Source of the DNA: Iphione sp. A-MEVVRFRX5
Taxonomy: Eukaryota
Direction of reading: 5' to 3'
DNA: 64,000 nucleotides
NCBI GenBank assembly: GCA_976226885.1
Contig: OZ320316.1
Coordinates: 89,280,001 to 89,344,000 of the forward strand
The notes beneath the pieces are model-generated. The model was not told the origin of the DNA and made no database searches. It worked only from the letters and a program-made list of their open reading frames with translations. The position numbers and the translations under genes were made by a program. Shown piece after piece: positions 24,401 through 37,300 of the stretch (its first letter is position 1; each line of letters starts with the position of its first letter).

Positions 24401-27400
24401 GCAGGAGGTGTGGGTTCTTGCTTACTGCGTCACATATAACTGCCATTGAGTGGAGATAGCTTTTGCCCCAGAATAGGACAGCTGTCTTATAATGGACCTC
24501 CAATGGATGATAAACAGTTTTGGATGGTCCGTCGGTGTTATTTGGGGAAAGTGATCACCTGTTTGTTGGTAGCTTTGAACGTACAACAACTATCAGCACT
24601 GTTTTCTGATATTTTATTCGTTGGTGTTACTTAATAGTTAAACAACAGTTTTTGCTTTTTATAAATTACATAACTTCTTCTTAATAATTTGCTTTACCTC
24701 ATCTCCAAAACAGAATAATGCGTTTCACGGTGCTGTATTTAAGATGAAGTTACCGCTGTGTAATAAGCCAGATTTCGGTTCAGCGAATTTACGAGTTTCT
24801 TTAATACGCCTAACTGGAGAGGCATCTGGTCATCGTGAACATTAGTTTTTGGTCTGGGTTTAAGCGGCCTAATCTGGCAATGTTATTATGCTGAGCTTTT
24901 GCTGGGAACGTGAAGAAAACTGCAATAAATTGTAATGGATTTACATCTGAATTTATTGCGACCAATTTGCCTTTTTAACACTGAACTGTCCCCCGGTAGC
25001 ACATGGCTGGTCATCATTGACAAGTCTTCAGTGCAGACCCGGTATCCTGTTACCATTTGACCATCACACGATCAGGAACGGCCCCAAAGAGGGCTGGCCT
25101 GGCTTTCAAGCTGGGAGTGGGTCAGATAACGACCTCTCGTCGCATGACCGTACTATCCGCAGCAGGCAACAAAAGGCTGATGCCACGCCGAACCCATTTA
25201 CTGCCTACGCAGCCAGTGCTATTATCGCAGAGGCGTCGCCTATGATCTCGGCTTTACCTTTGCCAAGATGACTCCAGACGTCAGACAACAATCGGGCCAT
25301 ACAGCATCCAATATTTGGCCGATTGAGAAAGCTGCACTATGTTTGTTATGGTCCGTAAAAAACGCTCAGAATGGAATAAAAAAAATATTACAAATAGAAT
25401 GAATTCATGTTTCGTGTTTTTCATGTAGAAACGATCCACGAACCATGCCTTACAAACAGCTGTAAGTGAGCACAGTACGCTTGGGTTTAAACAGGTCCAG
25501 CCTAATGGCCAGTAATTCATACACAGGTTTTCTTTTGTGCCTTTGTATTGTTTAGCCGACGGGATCACTTGTCTAGGGTCGAATGGCTGCCGCCCCCTTT
25601 ACGACCTACCCGCCTCTCGGTGATTTAAAGATAGTCCAGAGGTAGTCTAACCCCAGTGGGCATTCATCTTGTGTCCCTTGTCAGTCAGCAGGAGCAGTAA
25701 ACACCTTTACTACAAGGGTCAAGCATTAGACACATTTCCTAGGAACGGTGATAGACAATTGTTCAAAGGTTAAGGGTAGACTAAGGTGAATGGTACACTA
25801 AAGGGTTAACAGTACAATACATACAGTTATTTCCTCTACAGACACACCGTGTGCATATATATGATTTTCAAGTAGTAATTTTGTGCCAAAGGCACTTGTT
25901 AGCCAAAACGTTACAGAGGACTCTGTACTGCGTTCCTAAAAACAACCTGTTGTACAATGAAAGTAATAAAATGTTGTGCTCCAGTATGTACACTCACAGT
26001 AACAACACAGCAGAGTTTCGTTTTGCAATCTACCTTCTCAGACGCACGGGGAAGATATTGGATCACCTTTGCCTTCGGGGCTTATGCTTCGAATGGACAA
26101 AAATCCAAAACTATAAGGTATGCAGCTTTCCAAATTTGGAATATGTATTCTCTATACTGGCTGCTAGTTCCGACCTCATTTTATATGGATAATTATATTG
26201 TAGAAAATGTGGTAGAAATCTTACAAGAATATATTTGCACACTTGTTTCTCCGGTTGAATTACGTATAAGAGGTAGAAATGGACTACGATGCCTCTGTCC
26301 ATTAGAGTACCTCTGTTATATGTATTACCCCTTCTACAGTATTTCCATTTAAATGGTCTGTTTATAAATATATGCGTTGTATTATTCATTTTGTCACAGA
26401 AAAAAACAGACAGTTGGAATGTTTATTTGCATCCACTCTACAAAGGATCGTGGAGTACCTGGGCTAAATTCAAAATCCTCCGGTTGGCAGGGAGCACACC
26501 AATGAACAGGCAAATTTGATTCGTCCCTCGTACATGGAAATATTAATAAATCACAGAATTTCAACTATTGTTTCTGTTTTCAGTTTTATTGACATGCACT
26601 TTACGTCATATAGATATCTGAAATAAGGCGCGTTGTTCTCTGGATTTGTCTTATTATATCTATTGTTGTGACATTTTCAAGCAGCTTCAAGTGAGTGGTT
26701 TCGAAAAATCTTTGGTAAACTTTATCATTCCAATGATGTCCATAAAAGGAAAGTGCATATTACATAATTCTGTCTTTTACATGTTGGGTAAGAGGTCCAC
26801 ATATGGTTAGGCGCGTTGATGTGCCTGATGACATATCCAACAGTTGCATGTCGGGTGGACCAAAGTTCAGCTTGACAAATTTGTCTGTTGCGCTATGATT
26901 CTGCATTATATTGGTGTGATTTATTCAGAAATGATGGGGTAGTTATGCTAACTCTCACCAGCCAGTGTTCCTGGCGTTATATGTATGTATGACGTATATA
27001 TTATACATCTATGTGTGTGTCACAATTACTCAGCATCACAGGAACGATAAACAATTTTAGCCGTGTGCATAAAGCCTGTGTGAATGGGAACGCTAGCTAA
27101 ATCATCAGTAATGAGGACGGATCGACGAGCAGTTTGATGTAAACCGTGTTTGCTTTACGACGACTTATGTTTCTGCGGACAAAGCGTCCCTCTTTTCAGA
27201 TCCACACGAACGTTTATTTACAGCTTAGTTTCGGTTCATTTTCCGGTGCGTCCTGTACCACGTGTTTACTCAGTTGCTGCAGAGGGCTTTAATTGGAATG
27301 CCCGTAATGCCCACACCTGTAGAGCGAAACGTGATTGCTAAAATAAACTGTGTACCTAGAGTAATGTATACATACACCAAGCATGCTAAGCTGCAAGTAC

Positions 27401-29379
27401 ACAAGTCTGACAGCACGACATGGGTGGCTTTGCACTGGTCTAATGAACCGACCCTATACCTCCAGTGAAATCAGATTATATCAAATTTTATTGCATTAAC
27501 CTAAGTCCCAGTGGTTTGGCCAGGCTTGTGCCTTATAATTATTTCTTAGCGTCGAACATGTAAACTCACTTGTTTATTGGATTACATATACTTACACAAA
27601 CTACGTGTGCACGTACATGTAAATCCCTTACGTTTTTCGTACAGTTACAGACACCTCTTGGTTTACTCTCGGATTAGAATTTTCATGAAGGGCCAATTGC
27701 TGCCAACTTTTGAAAGAAGCAGCTAGTTCGCCCCGCATGTTCACTTAAATGTGTTCAGATGACTTGTCAATTCAGAGGCATGGTCACGGCAGTCAGTCAC
27801 TTTCACGTACCAAGTCTCTCAGGCACTCTCAAAAATGCAGTTAAACATAGCTTGTACACAAAGAATGATATTTTCACATGACCAGCCGTAAATCTATCCA
27901 GGACTATATATTATGCCGCTAGAACAAAGGAATGTGATACAGCATTGGGGTTATCATAAATGGTTTATTTTTTATACCGTGGGGTTATATTGGTATTTAT
28001 TAAGTTATTTCTATGCCAAAAGCAACAGCAGTCTGCACTAGGCACTGGTCTATGTAGAGTATATTTGTTTATTTAAAGAAAATTCCGGTTTCTGACTTTT
28101 GTTAATATCTGATATTTTCACCTCATTCCATGTCACAAATTTTAAGTGTAATCATATTTTACTTTTTGCTCGAACATTTGTTTTCATTAGCTGCCACATG
28201 GTGCCATCTACTTGGATACAACCTCTGATGACCCAGTAAGTACATTTCCTTGGATCCTCATTGGATCCTCCTGGGTCTACTTGCCATAGACTTAAACCAA
28301 GCATCCCCGTTTTTCCCATGTTGATGATACTCAAATATAGTCCTCGGCTGGCCGTTTACTAACGATGCACTACTTCGTGAAGCATTCATGATTTAATGAC
28401 ACCATAGAAACGGAAGATTATATGAAATAAACGACTTGGGGTGCACATGGACTTTAATTTACATAGACTGCCAACCTGGTAACACTTGAACCAAAGTATT
28501 GAGCAGACTTCGATATGTTTTCCCCACTTATAAACGTTTTATGTAACCGGAACAATGGAAAGATAATAAATAAGCAGCGTTCACCCCAGAGTTCCGTAAA
28601 ACTGTGAACTGGGAGCAGGACACGGCTTCAAATGACCCCAGTCGTCTCTATTTCTCATGGAAACCTTAGCAGGAAACCTTTTTGTAATGTACTGTTTGCC
28701 TGAGTGTATTGCCAGTATGAGGTGGTCTGAGTGAGATCGTTCTCCTCGCATTCACTTGGACTTTGCTGTGTTATTCTTCGGAAGCCTCCAGGGCCATTAA
28801 CTTTGGAACTCCTAGCCCTCCAGAGCAATCACTGCAAAGTGAGTGTTCACGCCAAACACACTACGGCTGATGTTGCCACTATACGCGCACCCATTTAATA
28901 AGTGACTTCGACCAATCGAGGCTATGTGAACGTCTAAATCTCTGTTATTACTAGATTGATATAGCGTGTTTCAGACTTCCGAATAGACAACCACATCATG
29001 TATATTCTCAAGCAGGCGGCCTGACTGTACAGCCCCAGTATGAGAGAATACTCTCTCCACTCCTTTATTAAAGGGCATTGTATAATATGCATTGGCAAGA
29101 GCCTATGCTGCCATGCAATTATTCACGTATGAGACATTGCATACAGCAGTGCAAAAGTAGGGTTATGCATCCTCTTACAGAGGAGCAAAAAGAATGGATC
29201 ACCTGCCTCGGGAAATGCGAGAATAAAAACGATAAAAATCGGCTCTCTGCCGAGATGGATCTTCAATTTCAATCCGAAAATGTCATCTTCATGCACAAAT
29301 CAGGTTTTCTATTTTTCACAGTCGTCGGTGTTTGTCTTATTTATGGAATAAACCAATTTCCTCCCCGGCGGCACAGGTT

Positions 29380-29960
29380 TTAGGACTGCGCGCCATGTCC
29401 ATTTCCTTTCTGGAATCAGCGCGGAATTAACCCGCATTGTTTGTTGTTTGCTCTCTGAGTAACCAAGCATAAAGTTTACCGCTAACACGATAGTTGGCCT
29501 CCTCCCGATCGACTGTCTGTGGGGAGTCTTACCTAGAGTGCTAGTATTTCGCGGCCAACTCCCAGCGCGGCGTGCCCGTCATTGTCGTTCTTGGGTCGCG
29601 TCGGCCTAGTAGGCTATACCGCTCGCCCTACCCGTCTACCGCCGCCCGCCGCCTGCCGCCGCCCACCGCCGCCGCCGTGTCCATTAGTGGGCGGGCACAG
29701 CGGGTTCCCGCTGCCGGTCGTCATGATATGAACGCGGCCTAACTACACGCTCATACACTAGTGTGCCCCCGCCAAATCGGCTTTCGGTCTCGCACCTGCC
29801 GATTGCAGCCTTCACCGGGAGACTAATGCTCTGGAGGTTGCTCCACGGTCGGTGGTGTCACTCCAGGGGATGGCACCTGAATGGCGAGCTGGTGCCGCTC
29901 TATCACGCTGCATCGAACCGGCTTCATTCGGTGGAATACGGCTTTTCCTGGCCTGAAACA
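29380..29960 (+). promoter_or_regulatory. CpG-rich region with (CCG)n-like tract; candidate promoter or 5' non-coding exon of the protocadherin
   Basis: Locally high GC and CpG, ccgccgcccgccgcc... at 29639-29677, and GC box GGGCGG at 29689-29694. It lies about 1.7-2.2 kb upstream of the ATG. Function is inferred only. Confidence 0.3.
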
Positions 29961-30970
29961 ATTAGACACACCCGGGAAATGAAGCAGGGATTATCACAAT
30001 AACGAAATCTCTCCCACTGTGCTGACTGTAATCCGCCTAGTACAATAATTAATTATGTTTTCGTATGCCATCAGATTCAATCAGTCCCCACGAGAGAAAC
30101 GAATGTTGGGGAAAGTCAACAATACAAACGGCGTTTAGCGTCGCCGGGCTTGAAAAGACAATTCACGAACAGCATTGTTTTCACCATCCCCCAAATTTGT
30201 CCCAATAAGGGGAGAGGCTCTTGAGCCGTAAATAGACTGCGAAACGGCATGTCTCCTGTAAAAGATAGGGTGGTATCGAGTTATCTCAATGGAAAGTTCA
30301 ATTCTGGGTCGATGTCATACACGAGAACACAAAAGAATTCACCAGGGATGGTATTTCGTGCCTCGAGGCCATTGTTTATGTCAGTTATATTTTGGACCAC
30401 CTGATGGAGCCATACATTTTGTATTTGTATCCCTAACGTTCTGACACAATTACTGCTGAGTGGCATACTTATGGCGTAGTCACCTGAAGTAAATGCATAG
30501 AGTATCAGTGAGATGCGATTAAAGCAGGTATACACTGCTTGATTTGATGTGTCGGCGAGACGTACCGTCGCAATTAAAGATGACTGTCAGACCTAGGCGC
30601 CTAGACAGTATGCGCCATCTGGTGGTTGTTCTTTGAATGTTTAGTGTGTTTTTGTCGTCACGCGTGTGGCGTATACCATCAGACAGCCACATTTCACCTT
30701 CAGAGGGTGAGCTAAAAATATTCCCTTTTAAGAAAATCCTACCCACAAAAACCCCCGTTTCTTTATGTAAAACGCTTCATGTCACGTATATCGCATCACT
30801 TTTATAGAAAACACGCACTTCCATTCATTTATTCTCCATTGTCAGTCAATAACCATCATGTTTTATCGCAGAGTCTTGCTGAATGAGGTGTTTACGGTCT
30901 TTGCTTCTCTACCACACCCCCGCCCGCCTTAAACTTTTACACCACCAGCACCCAAGGTACTTAAAAGCCA

Positions 30971-30993
30971 TTCTATGCTTCTGCTTTTTGTAG
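30971..30993 (+). other. Candidate splice acceptor opening the large protocadherin exon
   Basis: ttctatgcttctgctttttgtAG, followed by a GC-rich 633-nt stretch up to the ATG. Confidence 0.4.
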
Positions 30994-31626
30994 AGTGCGC
31001 TGAGCTGAGACCCCAGGTGACCGGAGCGTGGCGGGGAGCGGCGGGTACGGAGGCGGCGCGAATCTGCAGTGGGCCACCAGTCCCAGCCAATACTGGGGCT
31101 CTACTCGGAGAGACCACGTGGCCGGCGGCCTAGTCACAACAGCCAGCCTGCACGAACCTTGCCAAGGCCCACCAGTCATCTACAGACAGGAGGGCAGGGC
31201 GCGTCTCCAAAAGCTACCGGTGCTGTCTGGCAGAGAAAATAGCACAGGCTACCCAGTGTCATCTGGTATTAAAGGTAAAACGTACTGCTGAATGGTGAAC
31301 ATTGCCTGTCGGATAGAGCCGTCGCTGTTTGACGTAAGTCCATACCTGGGCGCAGAGAGATCAGCCAGTGCCGGCGAGGGAAGCAGAGGACAGGCGGATT
31401 GCAAGGGTGGATGCAGCGGTGAGCTTAAACCATTGATCCTGCCCCGCCTACGCCTAACATCGGTCCCTGCCGGACCACTGTGGGCAATTGCTTTACGGCA
31501 AGGCGGTAACTGCCGGGCTGGGGGCTGGCGAACACGCCAATGTACAGCGGCACGGAGATTGTCACTCCAGGCATTGGCCCCGGAGGAGGCGCCTGACACT
31601 GAAGAACACATGGAAATTCCACCACC

Positions 31627-34347
31627 ATGGAGGTACCACGGAAAACGATAGCGGTGGTTCCCTTCCTCCTTCTTGTCCTGCTTCTCCACTCTTCGGCAAG
31701 CAGGACACTCCGGAGGAAGCGGCAGAGTGAGATTCTTCATTGTCAGATTCTCGAGGAACTACCAGCTGGGACGTTAGTCGGAAACATTATAACTGACGCA
31801 CGTTTGAATCTGAAGTATAATGGGTCGGAGCTGTCCAAGCTCCGCTTCAGCTTTCTGACCCAGCCCGATCTAGACCGCGAATACTTTGCCATAGAGACTG
31901 CGACAGGTATTATCACAACTACTGACAGAATTGACAGAGACAAATTGTGCACCCATGGCTCGGAGTGCTCCGTTAAGTTCGACGTAGCTGTGCGACCTGT
32001 GAAAAATTTCCAAATCATAAAAGTAACAGTGGAGGTTCAGGATGTCAATGACAATGCCCCATATTTCCCACAGAGTAGAATTACACATCAAATCTCGGAG
32101 TCGACCTTACCAGGGACAAGTTTCAGCATACCTGCGGCCAAAGACCCTGATAGTGCAGCGAATGGCGTTCAAAGGTACGAACTTGTGTCAAGCTCCAATA
32201 AGTTTGAGCTTAAAGTCAGAGAAACTGCCGACGGCGCCACCGACCTGCGACTGGTGTTGATGGATGAGCTTGATAGGGAACTTGTGGACTTCTACCAGGT
32301 AAAAATTCTCGCCCACGATGGGGGTGAACCATCCAAGTCCGGCTCAGTTCTCATCGATATATCAGTATTAGATGCGAATGACAATGATCCGGTGTTTGAA
32401 AACGCCACTTACGAAGTCGTTGTGAAAGAAAACGTGCCAATCGGCACAACTATATTCCGTGTTACGGCCAAGGACCCAGACAAAGGTGCAAATGGTGAGA
32501 TTATTTATCAGCTTTCTCGGCACACACAGCAGAATTATGGCGATCTGTTTGATATTGATAGCACAACGGGTGAGATATTTGTCAAGGGGCCAATAGACTA
32601 TGAGAAGGGAGCGATATATCTCTTGTCTGTGACAGCATTCGATAGTGGTCCTGACTCTCTACCTGCTCATGCTACAGTTGTTGTGAGAGTTCAGGACATG
32701 AACGACAACGCTCCACAGATAACGGTGAACACTCTAACCACAAGTGGGGATGCCCAGGTAGCAGAGAATACACCCCCTGGTACATTTGTTGCACATATAT
32801 CAATTATTGATGGTGATAGTGACAAAAATGGGAAGTTCAGCTGCGTACTAAGTGACACGCATTTTCATCTCCAGAAGCTCTATCTGACAGAGTACAAAAT
32901 CGTCACGTCTGCTATATTTGACAGAGAGCGGCTTCCTTACTTCGATCTTACCCTGGAGTGTAGAGATAAAGGGGTACCGCCCCAGAAATCCTTCGCACAT
33001 ATTCGAGTCACGATACTCGATGATAACGACCACACGCCCCAGTTTTCCCAGCCCATGTACACGGCTACTATAATTGAGAACAACCTGATAGGAGAGTTCA
33101 TCGTCGCCGTCACTGCCAGCGATCAAGATATAGACACGAACGGCCGCCTCAAATACGAGCTCGATGAAGATGCCCGTGGTCTGGTCGCCATCGATGAGGA
33201 TACCGGAAGTATCACCGCCAACGTCATCTTTGACCATGAGGAGCTGTCTGAACTGCAGTTCCACGTCATCGCCAAGGACCAAGGCTCCATCCCCCGTTCG
33301 ACTACGGCCAAAGTGCTCATCAGCATCGTCGACATCGACGATGAGATACCCCGCTTCCAGCAGGAGACATATGCATTCGGTACATTTGAGAACCAGCCTG
33401 CCAACATCGAAGTGGGCCAGGTAGTGGCTAAGGACCGCGACTCGGAGCCCTACAACCACTTCTCCTACTCCCTGGATCCCAGCCGCAGTCCAACGGACGT
33501 GTTCAAGATCGATCCACAAACCGGCAGGATCCACACACAAAAGGTTCTAGACCGGGAGGAAAAGCCGGTGTATTATATGGTCGTTGTCGCAGCCAGCGAC
33601 GAGGATTATAGCCAAAGCAGCACGGTAAGCGTGTCCGTCTATGTGGCAGACAAAAATGACAACTCGCCTGTGTTCGACTTCCCCAGCACAAAAAATAACT
33701 CGCTGAGGATTTCCAACAAAGTGCCTCTGGGCCAGGTCATCACTCGACTGCGGGCACACGACGCAGACTCGGGTAAGAATGCCCGTCTGAACTATTTAAT
33801 CACCACGGGGAACAGCAACAGTGCTTTTGCAATAGACCCTAGCACAGGGGCAATCTCTGTAAATAAGGACCTGGAAGCCCATGATGGTGATAGATTCTTG
33901 CTGCAAGTAATAGTACAGGATCAGGGTGAACCATTGCTATCCGCACTGGGTGAGCTCAATATTTATGTGACTAAAGTGGCAGGCTATGCCAAGTCGAGGT
34001 CTATGAATCTTTCAAAAGACAACCTGATTATCGTCATAGTCTTCGTGGTGGTCACTGCTATTATCTCCATGATCATCATAGCTACCATAATTATTATCAA
34101 AAGAAGGGACACAGAACAAAGACATAATGACGAGAACAACAAGAAGGAGCTCCAGCGCATGCTTCCACCACTTGAAGACGTCAATGGTGCTCCTGGCGGG
34201 AAGGTCAAGGCATCAAATGCCTACGTCACTGCAGTAGAAATGGACAATTTAAAAAGTAAAAGCCTTGCTGCTGGAGCAGGTGAAAATGGCAATGCTGCAA
34301 AGGCAGCTTTGCAAGCAGATGGTAGCAATAGCCAACGACAGGAAGAG
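31627..34347 (+). CDS. Protocadherin (7 EC repeats, delta1/lophotrochozoan-like), large coding exon; 3' exons not found in window
   Basis: Kozak accaccATGG and a hydrophobic signal peptide. Seven cadherin repeats with DxNDNxP-type linkers (DVNDNAP, DANDNDP, DMNDNAP, DDNDHTP, DIDDEIP, DKNDNSP) and DRE/DYE/AxDxG motifs. EC1 C-x5-C (CTHGSEC), TM LIIVIVFVVVTAIISMIIIATIIII followed by KRR. Phase-0 donor GAG|GTAGGT at 34347/34348. Confidence 0.93.
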
Positions 34348-37300
34348 GTAGGTTAAGATGTTTGATTAATCCTCACTCTTTTCCCCACTATTCCATGTTT
34401 CTTTGAATTTCAAATGATGCTGTTGAGATGAGTCGGCTTATTCGTGAGAGAATGGAAGGCATTTGTCAGAGAGTTTTTTTTTTTAAGTTTTCCTAACCGT
34501 TACATTTAAGCATGTTTTCTTTGGTGCCAAAGGTATTTAAATGTTACCAATTATTTCCCATTAATCCGGGATGGAGTTCCTATATGGTAACACAGTACAA
34601 CGGTACAATTTGCATCCAGCGCGATTGACAAAAACATGTTACACAACAGAAATGAAAAGCTGAGCTCCTGCTTCACTTTAAATTGGAGAGGCATGGGGAG
34701 GTACATGTATACACTCTATGTGTTTGCATACGATGCGCACACGCCTACGTTCTGGAAAAGAATACAGATATTCGAAGTTGGATGATAAAGATCACGTGCA
34801 CGGCAACAGACAATGACGAATGTCTGTAAAGGACCCCGCTGAGGGCCAAGATGTATCATCCTCCTCGACTAGGCGAACCAAATTGGATACCGTGATCTTC
34901 ATATAGATCACTTCACACAGAACGCAGGTCGCTAGGGCTCATGCTTGCCCGTATCTGTCTGATTTGCATACACCGCCCATGAAAGTACCGGTGCAGACAG
35001 CCCGACCGACCTATGATGAGAGTGTTTGCGTCTTTGCAACTGGCTGAAATAACACTGGAGTTGGGAAGACATTAAAAAGTGATAAGACTCAGAGATCGAT
35101 TCCTGTAGCTTGCCTTTCATGCTTGATTAATTGTACAGCTGACAATCTGTGATCAATAATGGATGATCGCTGGGGATCAATCAGGGATCCAATCATGATC
35201 TAGGTCCATCAAACCCTCGGCATGAAGCGTCGATGTGGCCGCCGCCGAGACCTGTTCATGACACGGATCAGATCACCACTACAACATACATGCTTGGCAC
35301 AAAAGTCGCTGACAGCGCTCTGTCAAAACACACCAACAAAACCACTAGCTATCCCAACAGAATCCAATAATAGCCCGTAGTTGGCGATAAGGGCATCCAA
35401 GCCCAAGGCTTTATGAATTTCCTTTGATATGCAATTTAGAGGAAACCGCTTCTGGGACAAGAGTGAATGTTGTGAGGAGCCTTTATTACAATAGATGAGT
35501 ATCTCCTATCAAGCGGAAAGATCACGCATGCTTATGTGTACATGCACGAACTCTGGGCAATAGTTGCACCTTCAAACCATCACCGCGGAAGGATAAAACA
35601 TGCTCATGATAATTTATCTACAACATCAAAGTTTACCTTCCCGTTCGGAAAGTCTTTCACCGCAGTTTTATGAGCGTAAATACTAAGATTACAGACATCA
35701 GGTTACAGATTAAGAACAAAATTTTCATAATGGCACACGAGATCTGTCAAAGCAGGTCCCATTGTCTTGGCGTGCAACAGTACATAACGAGGACTATACG
35801 GAGGTGTATGCATGCACATGAATATAGATTTATCTTTCTAGGCTGGTAAAACAGTAGACACAGTATCGAGTTTCATTAAACGTAGATAGCTGTAGCTGAA
35901 GAACACGAAGAACCTTCCTGCTAGTCAGAACCCGACTATGTATAGTACGAATGTACATGTTTATGTAATTCCAATATCACTTGTTGCTAAAGTTGTGGAC
36001 ATTCTGCCTATTATTTCTTTCATGTAACCGAAAGGTGCCCTTTTAACAAAAATATTCGAGAACATCACACTCAAATTCGCTTGTGAAACGAGTCTTTCCA
36101 GTAAACTTCCACGATTCAAATTAAGATTTTACTAATATTTGCAAGTCTTCTCACAAAAAGACTTGTTGCGGATGGCCAGGTAATGTTATCTATATTTGCC
36201 GTCGGCATTATTATCAAGAGGAAAGCTACCCTGTCACTGCTTCAATATTTGAATTACTAAACCACGGGCACACCTGAAGCATCGAAAGCAATGAGTCTCT
36301 ATCGACCGCCTCCTGTTGCAGGATTAAAGTAGCCTAAGCGATTAATGTGGAGCTCAGTGAAAACCGGATACCTGTAGTCGACGGGATATTACTAGATAGG
36401 CACTAAGTATGCAGGATAACGGACCGGTTTAGCTAAGCCAACACATGCCTGTTATTGTCCCTACATTAGCCCTGCTGTTGCGACCAGCGCATTCTGCAGA
36501 ACACAAGCTAACGGGGAGGTTTTGATGGGAACTAAAAACGCTTTGAAAAGAAGCGTTCAAAGCATTCTCTGAGGGAAGTGGAAGTAATACTGAGTTTGGT
36601 CGTGCTACCGCTGAGATTTGTAGAATGGACGCAGAATGCTCTTTTTGAATTGATGTAAGCTTGATGTATTAGCTCATTCTCATAATATTTTCGAATGATA
36701 AGAAAAACGTGTGGTGACTTAATGTACTAGATATTGTGCAGTAGAGGCTAGGTGTGTGTAAATAGATGCCAGTCTATCCTGACACCTGTTCTCTTTTCGA
36801 AATCCGTGACCCAGCTTTTAAGGCACCATCAACAAATGGACGCCTCTCCATCCGCGCCACAACAAAATCGTTTGATATCACATAAAGCCCCCGGCATTCT
36901 TTACTGACCTGAAAAGGTAGGAAGGTGCTGCGGCAGCGATTCTTCCCTAGCGATTGCTAGCATCGCCAATATTCACACCATTCTAGCAAACCCTACCTCA
37001 TAAAAACCTCATTGTGGCCTGTTTCCTGGTGCCGGTAGCAATGGCGAGAGCTAGCTTCCAGGATGCCGGTAGGGATGGCCTGCGAGTAAGGACAACGGAT
37101 GCAGTGGCCATCACACGACGTATGAGCTGCGTTTGTATAGCCTTGTTTGGCTAAGTGATCAGGACTAGCGGTGCACCAAAGGAATCCAGAGTCAGTCCTA
37201 CATTTCGGCAGCAAACGTTTACCATTTGAAGGGGTGAACTTGATTAAAGAACTTGCCCCTGCCGCTGACGCGTTCACTGAGAGGACTGAATCAACGAAAC

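Noticed and set aside
32848-33540. 230-aa antisense ORF within the protocadherin
   Set aside because: By-product of high GC3 in the sense exon.
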